Positions 38,690-51,756 of a stretch of 64,000 nt of DNA are shown here, piece after piece. The translations under genes and the position numbers were made by a program. Each line of letters begins with the position of its first letter. The first letter of the stretch is position 1. The notes under the pieces were generated by a model. It was not told where the DNA came from. It made no database searches and worked only from the letters and a program-made list of their open reading frames with translations. The stretch comes from Octopus sinensis (lineage: Eukaryota), in the NCBI RefSeq assembly GCF_006345805.1, contig NC_043013.1:39742001-39806000 (forward strand). The letters are read 5' to 3'.

Positions 38690-39360
38690 AACCGAGATGA
38701 TTGGAAGATCGCTATGCAGTAAAGTTTTGTGTTAAACTGAGCAAAACCTCTCCAGAAACATATGAAATGCTCCAGACGGCTTATAGATTATATTTTTTGC
38801 TGACACAAGAATTTCGAGGACGACAGAGAGGATGAGAAGTATGGGGCTAAGTGGGACGTCAAAATATCAGAGCTGGTTCAGAAATTCCATAATATTCTGA
38901 ATGAAGACTGCCGTGTGTCTATAAAGACAAGTGTAGATTTTAGAATTGGAATAGCCAATGGTACGTAGGATTGTTCATGAAGATCTGAACATGCGCAAAA
39001 TTTGTGTTTAGTTTGTTCACAGGGCGCTCAGTGATGAGAGTCCTGGGAAGCAACTACTTCACAGAGATGCGCATCAAAACTGCCCGTCACAATCTCTGCA
39101 GCCTCGACCTTGCTCCGTGTGACTTTTGACTGTTCCCAAAACTGAAAGAGAATCTCAGGGGAAGTAGTTTTGAAGATGAAAAAAGGCAATGACAAGAGTC
39201 CTGGACAGCTTCACTTTGGAGAACTTGCATTAGGGCCTTCACGAAGTGGCTGGAGGGCCACAACACGTGCACTGGAGTCATATGAATCCTACTTTGAAGG
39301 ATATTAGTGGTTTGTAATTCTTTGAAATTAATAAATGTCACTGCTGAAGAAGCCTCGAAA
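38690..39360 (+). mobile_element. Internally deleted mariner element
   Basis: RYAVKFCVKLSKTSPETYEMLQTAY at the N-terminus and a SLDLAPCDF*LFPKLKENLRG-like C-terminal motif. Confidence 0.8.
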
Positions 39361-40149
39361 CATCCGGAATGTTCTTTGTATTTCAAAACATGGCTGGAGT
39401 CTCTGCGATCATAAATGTATTTAATCTTAAATAACCTAGGGTCAAACAACAGCAACAAGAACAGCAATACAAGCAACAGCAACAAAAACATACAAAAAGC
39501 TTCAACATCAGCAACAACTAAAACAGCAGCATAACTTTATGGTGTTGAAATTATGATGAATTTTCATAATTGCTAAACGTAGTGGTTTTAAGTTCTTGTT
39601 TATAGTGCTTCCGGGTTTAGTGCTGATCCAGCAAATTTATGATAAATGATATTCTGTCCGTAGCAACACACACTTCTTTGATGCAGAGGCGATCTTCAGC
39701 GCAACGACAGACGGCATCGTTCAGGGTCGGACTATGATAATATCTGATCGTCTTCGAATGTTTAAACGGTTACATGGCTTTGTGATGGCTTTTACAGACG
39801 ACGACGACGATAACGATGGTGATGACGGCGATAATAGTGATAATGACAACTGATTTTGCTTGTCCACGAAATGCGTGTCGTTCTTTTTTTTTTTCAGAGG
39901 ACAGCATTAGGGTGGTTTGATTTGAGGGGTTTTGGGCTGCTATTTCATGGACCCATTCAAAATATTGCAATACACTATGGTATACTGTAATACGTATACG
40001 ATGCACAAATGGTCCCCAAAATATCTACTCCATATACATACATGCATACATTCATACAATGAAGCAACCTTGGATCTAGGTTAGAAACCGGTTCTTTCTC
40101 TCTTGGCAAGAAATCTTGAAATAAACCTTCCTATTTATATATATATAGG

Positions 40150-40295
40150 ACGGACTTTTTTCAGTTTCCATCAGGCCAAATCGTTTCAGGTTGGCCAGAA
40201 GCTATAGTAGAAAACACTTGCCCAACGTGTCATGCATGGGAATTTAACCTGGACCCATGTGGTTGGGATACAAATTTCATACCACAGTGCCACAC
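40150..40295 (-). mobile_element. Family A SINE, 5' fragment, diverged
   Basis: TTTCAGTTTCCATC...GCTATAGTAGAAAACACTTGCCCAA. Confidence 0.65.
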
Positions 40296-40655
40296 CATAT
40301 ATATTATACATGTATGTATGTACGTATATATGTATATATGTATGTTGTATGTATGTTGTATGTATGTATGTATGTATGTATGTATGTATGTATGTATGTA
40401 TGTATGTATGTATGTATGCATGTTGTACGTATGTATGCATGTACATATATATGTATATATGTATGTTGTATGCATGTATTTGCGTATGCATGTATGTATG
40501 TATGTATGTATGTATGTATGTATGTATGTATGTATGTATGTATGTGTGTATGTTTGTATACATATACATACTTGTAACACGATCTTGAAGTGTGATTTTC
40601 TCTTCAGGTACGTGAAGCCTCGGGTTGGAATCTCGGACGAACCCCAGCATATTTT

Positions 40656-41125
40656 GAGGCACAGTCGTGGATGTGTGGTAAGAAATTTGCTTCCCAACCA
40701 CATAGACACGAGTTCAACCCCAACTGCGTGGCATCTTGGGCAAGTGTCTTCTACTATAGCCTCAGGCTGACCAAAACCTTGTGAGTAGATTTGTTAGACG
40801 GAAACCGAAAGAAGCCTGTCGTATATACGTGTATGTGTGTGTGTGTGTGTGTGTGTATGTGTGTGATTTAATGTCTGCGTTTGTCCTCCACCACCACTTG
40901 ACAACCGGTAATGGTGCGTTTACATCCCTGTAACTTAGCGGTTCGGCAAAGAGTCCGATAGAATAAGTACCAGACCTTGAGAAGTAGGTCCTGGGGTCCA
41001 TTCGTGTTACTAGGTTCTTTTAAGGCGATGTCCCAGCATGGCCGCAGTCTACTGACTGTAACAAGTAAAAGATAAAATGTAAGAAACGTGTGTGTGCGTC
41101 TGTCAGTTTGTCTGTGTCTGTGTAC

Positions 41126-41158
<33 letters not shown>

Positions 41159-41475
41159 TGTGTGTGTGTGTGTTGTGTATGTGTGTGATTTAATGTCTGC
41201 GTTTGTCCTCCACCACCACTTGACAACCGGTAATGGTGCGTTTACATCCCTGTAACTTAGCGGTTCGGCAAAGAGTCCGATAGAATAAGTACCAGACCTT
41301 GAGAAGTAGGTCCTGGGGTCCATTCGTGTTACTAGGTTCTTTTAAGGCGATGTCCCAGCATGGCCGCAGTCTACTGACTGTAACAAGTAAAAGATAAAAT
41401 GTAAGAAACGTGTGTGTGCGTCTGTCAGTTTGTCTGTGTCTGTGTACGTGTGTGTGTGTGTGTGTGTGTATGTGT
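40656..41475 (+). mobile_element. Family A SINE with a tandem duplication (322-bp period) of its 3' half and flank
   Basis: GTGTGATTTAATGTCTGCG occurs at 40861 and 41183; the two units appear identical outside the microsatellite. Confidence 0.9.
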
Positions 41476-41659
41476 GTGTGTGTGTGTGTCTGTGTACATG
41501 TGTGTGTGAATTATACAAACGTGCTCGCATTAAATGTTTCTGCACAGTCCTAGTTACAGAATCAGCAGTTATGTCCCTTTCAGATCTGTATTGAATTCCC
41601 GCCGATTTCGATATCATTACATAATTGACCAATTAAACACTGGAATCATAACAATAATA

Positions 41660-42590
41660 ATTGCTTCTAATTTAGGCAGAAGTCCAGTAGTTTTGAGAAG
41701 AGAGGGAGCGGAGATGTCGATAGCATTGCCCACTTCCACCCGTTGCTTGTATGGTTGCTGAATGGCACGTGATTCTATCGGCTGCGAAAAGATGAAAGGC
41801 AAAGTTGATCTCGACCTTATTTGAATTGACAACATAAAGAACCGGAAGGAAAACCTCAAGGCATTTTGTCCGGCACTCAACGAATTCTGCCAATCTAAAA
41901 AGAGCCATGATGATGACGACGACGATGTTATAGGCACGAGGCCTGAAATTTACGGTGGGAGAGCTGGTCGATTACACCGATCCCCAGTGTGCAACTGGTA
42001 CCTATTCCATCGACCCCGAAAGGATGAAAGGCAAAGTCGACTTCGTCGGAATTTGAGCCTCAGAATGTAAAGACGGACTAAATGCCGCTAAGTATTTAGT
42101 CCGAAAAAAAAACAGTAATAATAATTCTTTCTACTACAGAAAAAAGGCCAACAATTTTCTGGGCGGGGTAAGTCGATTACACCGACCCCAGTGCTCAACT
42201 GGTACTTATTTTATCGATCTCGAGAGGATGGAAGACAAAGTCGATCTCTGTGAAATTTGAATTAAGAATGTAAAGACGGACGAAGGGCCAATAAGCATTT
42301 TGTCCGGCTGCCTAAGAATAATAATGGCTTCAAGTTTTGGCACAAGGCCAGCAAGTTCAGGATAAGTCGATTACATCGACCCAAGTGTTCTACTGGTATG
42401 TATTTTATCGACCCCTCGGGGGAATTTGAACTCGGAACGTAAGGACAGACTAAATGCTGCTAAGCGAAGAAGAAGAAGGAGGAGGAGGAGGAGAAAAGGA
42501 AGAAGGATACTTTCTACGAATGGCACAAGGCCTGAACTTTTGTGGGGAGGGGACTAGTCGATTACATCGACCCCAGTGTTTCAATTGTAC

Positions 42591-42644
<54 letters not shown>

Positions 42645-42790
42645 GGCCTGAAATTTTGGGGGAGGTTTTAAGTCGACTACTGGTACTTATTTTATCGACC
42701 CAGTCGACCGCGGCGAAATTTGAACTCAAAACGAAGACGACAGGCGAATTGTCGCGAAGCATTTTGCCCAGCATACTAACGATTTCTTTA
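41660..42790 (-). mobile_element. Cluster of ~5-6 co-oriented family B SINE copies separated by (AAT)/(GAT)/(GAA) spacers
   Basis: GTCGATTACA(C/T)CGACCCCAGTG...GAAAGGCAAAGTCGA...AATTTGAACTC is repeated. Confidence 0.85.
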
Positions 42791-42999
42791 TTGGTCATAA
42801 GACCCAATATACGTTTAAGACAACACAAAAACAATACGGTGGGGATTTACATATATACGTGTAAACAATAAAACAAAAACAGTTAACAAGAAAATTGAAA
42901 AAGAACAAAATTCTCCAACAGAGAGGACTCCGAAGAGTAATCGAAATAACCCACCTCTCTCACAAATCTCTCCAGCTTACATGCGCAAGCTCAAGGTAC

Positions 43000-43630
43000 A
43001 AGGGTGTGTTTTAAAGTTCATAGGTTGACTATGAAGGAGGGATGCTAAAGCTGTAAAATCTATCATGTATTAATTTTCAACTCTTCTTATTAATAACTGC
43101 ATTGTTTCTCTCCGGGTGAACTGATATTAAAAAGGACTTGTAGCAACTTCTCTTAAAAGTGAATAAAATTTGGCATCGTTTTGTTAACATGTACCTGCAC
43201 TAAAAGTGCTTAGCACCGAGGACATTCTTGCTGACATGGTTCCTACATTTGGGGATGATGCTCCAGCTTTATCAGCAATCAAAAGTCTGTCAGGTGATAA
43301 ATGGTAACGGAGGTGATGTAAGCATTCGCCATTCTGCACGACCTTTCAGAGACAGCTTAAGAGGGCAAGGGAGAATCTTGAAAATCACCCAACTCCTGGA
43401 CGTCCTGCAAATGCCACCACTGAGGAAAACATTGATCGTGTTCACCACATAATGATGGTTGAGTGGCGATTGACCAAAAAGCAATTAGCATAGCCTGTTA
43501 GAAAGTTGAGAATATTTTGCACAATGAACTTGGTATGACGGAAGTTTCTGTTCAGCGGGTGCCATATTTCTAACGCCTGATCAAAAGCGCACTGAATGAT
43601 GAAATCACAGGAAAATCTGACATTGCTTCA
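43000..43630 (+). mobile_element. Mariner 5' fragment interrupted by a short LINE-derived insert
   Basis: GDDAPALSA...KRARENLENHPTPGRPANATTEENIDRVHHIMM resembles a mariner N-terminal HTH region. Confidence 0.75.
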
Positions 43631-43706
43631 TTTTACAGTTTAATATTTCTTGTATGCTAAGGCGATAAGCTAGCAGAATTGTAACACGCCGTAAAAGAAA
43701 TGCTTA

Positions 43707-44100
43707 CTCTTTTACTCTTTTACTTGTTTCAGTCATTTGACTGTGGCCATGCTGGAGCACCGCCTTTAGTCGAGCACATCGAACCCAGGACTTATTCTTT
43801 GTAAGCCTAGTACTTATTTTATCGGTCTCTTTTGCCGAACCGCTAAGTTACGGGGGACGTAAACACACCAGCATCGATTGTCAAGCGATGTTGGGAGAGA
43901 CAAACACAGACACACAAACATATACACGCACATACATATAGATATATACATACGACGTGCTTCTTTCAGTTTCCGTCAATCAAATCCACTCACAAGGCTT
44001 TGGTTGGCCCGAGGCTATTGTAGAAGACGCTTGCCCAAGATGCCACGCAGTGGGACTGAACCTAGAAAGCTACTTACCACACAGCCACTCCTCTGCCTAT
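43707..44100 (-). mobile_element. Family A SINE nested in a family B SINE, TSD AAATGCTTA
   Basis: Full minus-strand copy with AAATGCTTA on both sides; the family B head lies before it and the body after it. Confidence 0.9.
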
Positions 44101-44816
44101 AAATGCTTAGCGGCATTTCTTCCGACTTTACGTTCTGAGTTCAAATGCTACCGATGCCGACTTTACCTTTCATCCTTCAGGGTTCGATAAAATGAGAACC
44201 AGCTGAACAAACTGATCAAATCACGGAAAAATTTAATTTTGCTTGATTTTAGAGTTCAATATTTCTAGCATGTAAAAGCTAGCAGAATCGTTACCGTGCC
44301 GGAAAAAGAAAATGCTTCGCAGAATTTCTTCCGACGTTTTGATTTCAAATGCCACCAGGACTCGGTTTTTACCTTTCATTCTTTCGGGGGTCAATAAATG
44401 AGTACCAGTTGAACACTGCGGTTGTTCTAATTCTTAGCCTTATGCCAAACTTTGAAATCAATATTTCTAGTTTGTCGACCAGCCGTATTGAGTGTTTCTC
44501 ATTAGTTTGAGAATATATAATTTCCGGTGACTGTAACACGTGCCAACTAAATGATGATTATATTTCAATATGTGACAAGTGTTGAAGGATTCTAATTTAG
44601 GCACGATGCCAGCAATTTTCAAGAAAGTTACTCGGTCGATTACATCAACTCCGGTCGTGATTGGTACTTTATGTTATCGATATAAAATGGCCGAATGTCG
44701 AGGTTAACCACGACAGAATTTGAAACCAGAACGTAAATTGCCGGAAGATAAATCGCAAGACATTTTATCCGACGCTCTAACAATTATACCAATCTACCGT
44801 TTTGTTACATGTAGTA

Positions 44817-45398
44817 CTACGTGACGGCGTAGGTTCAACATGTGGCATACATGAGTGGTGGTTTAGATCCGATATGTAGCATACATTAAACGTGATGGCT
44901 TAGGCCCAACAAGTGGCATACATATTACGTGATGATTTACGTCCAACATACAGCATACGTTCATACGTGGTATACATACGTGGCATACATAATAGTGATG
45001 CTTTAGGTCCAACATGTGAATACATTATACGTGATAGCTTAGGCCCAACATGTGGCATACAAAAATACGGGATGGTTTAAGCACAACATATAGCATATGT
45101 TGTGACGGTTTACCTCCAACATGCGGCATACCTTATTACGTGATAGTTTAAATCCAACATGTGGCATACATAATACGTGATTGTTAACATCCAACATGTG
45201 GCATATATAATACGTGGTTGTTAACATCCAAAATGTGGCATACATTATACCTGATGGTTTAGGTTCAACATGTAGCAAACAACACGATGGTTTAGGTCCA
45301 ACATGTGGCATGCATTATACGTGATGGTTTAGATCCAACACGCGGTTCGAACATGTGGCATACGCTAATAGGTGATTGTTTAACTCCAACATGGGACA
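44817..45398 (+). repeat. Minisatellite, ~37-bp unit, ~15 diverged copies
   Basis: Consensus TACGTGATGGTTTAGGTCCAACATGTGGCATACATTA. Confidence 0.92.
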
Positions 45399-45546
45399 TG
45401 AGATAATATTTTTCATGTCTTCGATAGCTGAGATTTGCCAATTCATGTAATTATCATCATCATCATAATCATCATTGATATTTTTATTATTATTGTTATT
45501 GTTAGTAGTAGTAGTACTCACATACACACAGTCACACACACACACA

Positions 45547-45610
<64 letters not shown>

Positions 45611-45798
45611 TTCAAATTCAGTCTCCCAAATCCACTCACCAGGCTCTGGTCGACCCGACGCTATAGCAGAAGACATTTACCCAAGGTGCTACAGTGGGGC
45701 TGAACCAGGAACCATGTGACTGGAAATCAAGCTTTTCACCACCCAGGTATGCCTATGTATATGTGCAGACAAAAATAAATATATTATAGTATATATAA

Positions 45799-45857
<59 letters not shown>

Positions 45858-45903
45858 ATATACATACATACACACATATGTACATATATATACACACAGA
45901 TCC

Positions 45904-45943
<40 letters not shown>

Positions 45944-45978
45944 TGTACACACATACACACACACATATATATATATAT

Positions 45979-46390
45979 CCTCTTTTACTTGTTTCAGTCA
46001 TTTGACTGTGACCATGCTAGAGCACCGCCTTTAGTCGATCAAATCGACCCCAGGACTTATTCTTTGTAAGCCCAGTACTTATTCTATCAGTCTCTTTTAC
46101 TGAACCGGTAAGTTACGGGGACGTAAACACATCGGTTGTCAAGTGATGTTGGGGGACAAACACAGACGCACAAACATATACACACACACACTCACACAAA
46201 CATATATAAATATATACATATATACGACGAGCTTCTTTCAGTTTCCGTCTACCAAATCCACTCACAAGGCTTTGGTCGGCTCGAGGCTATAGTAGAAGAC
46301 ACTTGCCCAAGTTGCCACGCAGTGGGACTGAACCCGAAACATTGTGGTTGGTAAACAAGCTACTTACCACACAGCCACACCTACGCCTAT
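45979..46390 (-). mobile_element. Family A SINE, full length
   Basis: Reverse complement of 24461-24869. A diverged 5' fragment also lies at 45610-45755. Confidence 0.92.
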
Positions 46391-47314
46391 ATATATTTAT
46401 ATATATATATACGGAAAAGGATGCAAAGCAAGATCGTATAGAGGTATTCCACAATTGCTAACTAACTACATAAAAGAGAAAGTGAAAGCAGAAAACACGT
46501 GGTAGCTAGTAATGTCTGATTAGAGAAACGAGTTCGTTTGAGAGTTACTAGAGACAGGAATAAAGTTTGCTGCACTTCAGGTGAAAAAGGGTGAGAGTGA
46601 ACAACTGACACTGCCCCTCCTAACGCTCGCGCGAGCACACACATATATACACACACACACACACACACTTCTATATACACTAGATAGATGGGGCGGGAAG
46701 ATGGTGCTGTTCGCACGAGATCATTTTTAGAGGCCCACCACAGGTTTGTAAACGTTAGTCACGTGAGATTTCAAAAGGAAGATTTATTTATATATGCTGG
46801 TCACGTGAGATTGGGGCGCCCTCCACTGGAATTTAATGGTGATTGACCACATGGTTTTTTTAGAAGCCGGTCACATGAGGTGCCAGAGTTGTTCCCTTGA
46901 TTTTATCGTTTCTGATTACATTTATTGTTGGTACTGGTGTAAGTGGTGGTGATGGTAGAGGTGGTGGTGGTAGTGTGTGAGGTGAAGGCTTGAGTGTTTA
47001 TACCACGCCTCACCCACAACTTTATTTTACTCTGGGTCGAAGATATAATCAAAGGCATGGACCAACTAATCCCGTTTCTTTGTCTCCACCCACCCACACA
47101 GTGTATACAGAAATTATAGCAAACACCTCGCTCCTTTTTTCTGTTTTCAGTTTTCTTTTTCTTTCTGTTTTGTTTTCGCGCATAGGGTATCGAAAAATGC
47201 ATTATTCAAAGAGCCCTTCATAAAAAAGAAAAGAAGAGAAAAAAAGAAACGGGGCGGGGAATCATAGGAGAGAGATTTGGTTACTGTTTCTAACGGGTAT
47301 CCGACCGCATAGAG

Positions 47315-47560
47315 CAGTGGTCCTCAAACGGGGTCCATATGACCCTAAGTTTTCCATATAAGATTTTTTTTTTTGTTAAACTTAATGTGCAATAAATTCT
47401 ACAATACACAAAATAGTTTCATAAAATGTTTAATACAACTTCTAATTATATTTAATTATAAAAATATAAGACTTTTTTAAACATCGACTGGCTATAAGAG
47501 ACCATTTGAGTAAAATAAGAATCAAAAAGATCCATAGGTAAAAAATGTTGAGAAGCACAG
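47315..47560. mobile_element. hAT-like MITE
   Basis: TIRs CAGTGGTCCTCAAA / TTGAGAAGCACAG; no clear TSD. Confidence 0.55.
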
Positions 47561-47669
47561 GCGACTCTATACGGTTAGGAGTCATAAAAGATTCTTTATC
47601 AAATAACAGAGAAAAGTTTTAAACACCAGACAACATTGAAGTAGCAGTAAAAATAGCGTTAGTACTTAC

Positions 47670-47818
47670 CAGGTATCTCCACCGAGGGACGTTTCAACGC
47701 CGGAGACGAAGGCTCGGATCCGTAGCCAGCTGGGTGCTCCTCTCCGAGCGATCTGCTCGATCGACGCGACACCTGGGGGGTGCCATGTGGGGGTACGGTG
47801 AACGGGATCTGTTTGGTG
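47670..47818 (-). CDS. Candidate internal coding exon (149 nt) of an unidentified host gene
   Basis: Minus strand: acceptor TCTCTGTTCTTACTCCCCCTCAG and donor CTG|GTAAGT around GC/CpG-rich unique sequence. One open frame reads TKQIPFTVPPHGTPQVSRRSSRSLGEEHPAGYGSEPSSPALKRPSVEIP; a second frame is also open. Confidence 0.7.
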
Positions 47819-48234
47819 CTGAGGGGGAGTAAGAACAGAGACGTGTTACGTTTGATCATTTGGGTGGCTCGGATAAAATTAAGGGCGGGGGTCGGGGTAT
47901 AGAGTTGGGTTTTGGTACCTGGGTGTTACTTTTGTAGTTTTGGGGGTAATGGTGTGACTGATTTTGAAGAAGGTGGGTGGATGCTTTTTGTTTGGAGAGG
48001 TGGATGCGGTTGCGGTGGTAGTGGTAGTGGTTTGCAGCCGGGTATGTAGAAGGTGGTCTGTGTAAGTATATGGTACGTGTTGTCAGAGATAAGGGTGCTC
48101 TGTGGATGTGAGGTGTTAGGATGATTGCAAAATAAGATGCGGAACAAATTGTGTAATATGTTCTTTGATGTACGTACGTGTGTATGCGGCTTAAAGCGTG
48201 TTACATATAGCTGAGTATGTCTCCATATATATAT

Positions 48235-48265
<31 letters not shown>

Positions 48266-48595
48266 TATATGTATATATATATATATGTATTATATATATA
48301 TATATGTATATATATATATGTATGTATATTTTGATTAATATAGTTCTGTATATATGTATATATATGTGTGTGTGCGTGTCCTTGTGTGTATATGAATGGG
48401 TATGTCTGTATATGTGTATAGATGTATGTATATATATATATATATTATATATATATATATATATATAGATAGATATAGTGTGTGTGTGGTGTGTGTGCGT
48501 TTGTGCGTATGTATTTGTGTACGTATGTATCTATTTATATATCTAAGTATGTGTGTGTGTGTGTGTAATTAATTTTGTGTAGAAATAAATATATG

Positions 48596-48636
<41 letters not shown>

Positions 48637-48725
48637 TATATATGAGTGGATATATATTATATATAACTATATGCGTCTGTAACTTTTCTACAACATATAT
48701 ATCTATATCTATCTATCTATCTCTC

Positions 48726-48841
<116 letters not shown>

Positions 48842-49439
48842 GTTTTATATATAATTATCTGTATATGTAGTTTGTGTTGTAATTCTTGTTGTGATTTTAG
48901 TTGTTGTTGTTATCACCGCTGCTGACATTGCCGTTGTTGTTGTTCTAAGTGACGCCATTATAATATTTTAAACTTTTCTAACTTCACTCGTTGCTGCCTT
49001 GGGCTATTATTTCTAGCCTCCCAACTTGTTCGTCAATCGCATCTTCACAGAACGTTTGCTGCTGCGGCTGTCGTCGTCCTTGTTCCTCCTCTGACTGTTA
49101 TTGCTGTTGTCATTCCTGGCAACGTTCTATGTTGTGCATTGCAGTTGTATCTGTTATTTTTCAGGTGTCGTGTACTGTTTCCGTTGCAGTTATTGTTGTT
49201 GTTCTTCTTCTTCCTCTTGTTATTATTATTGTTGTAGTTTTATAATATATATATATATATATATATATTGTTACAATTCGTCGTCGTTGTGTCGTTTTGT
49301 CTTTTGTTTTGGCTTTTTGTTGTTGTTGTTTTTTGTTGTTTTTTTTTTTTTTTTTTTTTTGTTTTTCAGTAATTTTATATTTACTGGTGCGGCTCCTTTT
49401 GTTGCTCTAACTGTCAATGTTATCGCTATGTCTACTGTT

Positions 49440-50441
49440 TCTGCTGTCGATGACGACAACGACAACGACGACGACGATGACGACGACGACGACGACGACG
49501 ATGACGACGACGACGATGATGATGATGATGATGATGATGGTATTGTTTTTACTTTTGTTGTTGCTGATTTTTTTTTCTCTCTCTCTCTCTCTAGTTTCAG
49601 CTCGGAGCTGCGGCCATGCTGATGCACCGCCGTTTCGTAATTGTTTTGTGCAGTTCTATTTTGTTACTGTTGCTGGTGTTGTTGTGGCTGTTGCTGTTGA
49701 TGTTGCTGTTGCTGTTGATGTCGTTATTGTTAACGGCAGTTCCTACAGCTGATAAGAGATAATTATTATTCCTGCTGCTAAAGTTGCCGTTTCTTTAGGT
49801 TGTGATTGTCTTGTTGTTGTAGTAGTAGTAGTAATAGTAGTAGTAGTAGTAGTAGTAGAGTAGTAGTAGTAGTAGCAGCAGCAGCAGCAACAGCAGCAGC
49901 AGTGGTGGTAGTAGTAGTAGTAGTAGTTGTTGTTGTAGTAGTAGTAGTAGTAGTAGTAGTACTTGTTGCTGCTGCTACTGCAACCACTGCTGCTCCTGCT
50001 GCTGCGGTCAGTGGCCGTGCGTTGCTGCCAGTCAGCTGAACACTCGAAGACACGGATGGATTGAAGCAAACCAGTACACTTTCTAGCGTACCACTTGATA
50101 ACGGTTGTGTAATGGTGGTGGTGGTGGTTATGCTCGTCGTTGTGATAACGGCAGCGGTGGCTGTGGCAATGGTGATGGTTGAGGTGATGGCGATATTTGT
50201 AGTGGTGGTGGTTGCAGTATAGGAGTAAAGGTGGCAGCGTCGGCGGCGGCGATGGTGGTGGTGGTGGTGGTAGTGGAGGTGGTGATAGTGGCGGTGGTGT
50301 TGTTGTTGTTGGTGGTGGTGGTGTTGGTGGTAGTGTTGGTGGTGGTGGTGATTGTTGTCGCCGTTGTTGTGTTGGCGTTGGCGGTAGCAGCTAGTGATGA
50401 TGGCAACGGTAGTGGCGTCATTGGTGATGATAGTAGTAGTA

Positions 50442-50505
<64 letters not shown>

Positions 50506-50700
50506 CCGTGGCAGTGGCAGTGGTGGTGGTGATAGTTTAGTGTTGGTTGTAGTGATGTTGGCAGTGTGGAAGTCGTGGGAGTAGTAGTAGAGAGGGTGGT
50601 GGTTGTAGTGATGCTGGTGTGGTGATGGTGGTAATGGTGGTGGTGGTAGTGGTGGTATTGACTACGGTATGGTTTCTGGTTGTGGATCTGTCTCACTTGC
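49440..50700. repeat. Compound trinucleotide low-complexity domain (GAC/GAT/GTA/GCA/GGT)
   Basis: Directly visible. Confidence 0.9.
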
Positions 50701-50904
50701 GGTCACGGTAATCATTGTATTGGTAGTGGTGACTATGGTGGTATTAATGTCCATAGCAGTTGTGGACATTTAATAGTGCAGACGGTAGTACAGTGGTACT
50801 TGGACATTCTTATTACTGTCGTAGCTCTTGTGTGCATGTATGGGAGTGTGTCCCCGCGTGTGTATGTACATGTGTATGTATATATATATATGTGTGTGTG
50901 TGTG

Positions 50905-51184
50905 TGGAGACGCAATGACCCAGTGGTATGGGCATCGGACTCGCGGTTATAAGATCGCGGTTTCGATTACCTGACCGAGCTTTGTGAGTGTTTATTGAGC
51001 GAAACCTGCTCTACTCTTTCACCATAACTTTCTCTCACTCTGTCACGCTGAATCTCCCCGAGAACTACGCTATGGGTACGCGTGTCTGTGGAATGCTCAA
51101 CCACTTACACGTTAATTTCACGAGCAGGCTGTTCTGTTGATCAGATCAACTGGAACCCTCGTCGCCGTAACCGACAGAGTCCCA
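50905..51184 (+). mobile_element. Family C SINE with internal deletions
   Basis: GGAGACGCAATGACCCAGTGG...GGTTTCGATT...CCCTCGTCGCCGTAACCGACAGAGT. Confidence 0.85.
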
Positions 51185-51363
51185 ACATATATATATATAT
51201 ATATATGAGAGCAACTGTCTTTGAAAACTCATATTGTCGTTGAATGCTCGAAATGAAGAGTAGATAGACAGCCGACAACTGATGACGGGTCCCTTCTCTG
51301 TGTTTACTTGGTCTGTCTTTACATATGTCATGTTGTTTACATAGTTGGTGACGTCCTCTACTC

Positions 51364-51415
<52 letters not shown>

Positions 51416-51515
51416 CTGTATGTATGTATGTATGTATGTATGTATGTACGTATGTATGTACGTATGTATGTATGTATATATATATATATATATATTATTT
51501 AATATATATTATAAT

Positions 51516-51559
<44 letters not shown>

Positions 51560-51716
51560 CTTATACACACATATGTGTGTTTGTCTGTACACACACACAT
51601 GCACTCACACACAAACACACACACTGCTGGGATTTCACGACTTAAAAACAGAGGTTCCTATACTAGTATTGGGGGCTACAGCAAAAGGAAAAGGTCATCA
51701 ACAAGTAGTAGTAGTG

Positions 51717-51756
<40 letters not shown>

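Noticed and set aside
44817-45398. CRISPR-like periodicity (~37 bp)
   Set aside because: Units are contiguous with no unique spacers, there are no cas genes, and the context is eukaryotic.
49743-50696. Gly/Ser/Thr/Val-rich ORFs resembling mucins or structural proteins (also 56357-58827)
   Set aside because: They are compound trinucleotide repeats with single-codon usage and no exon boundaries.
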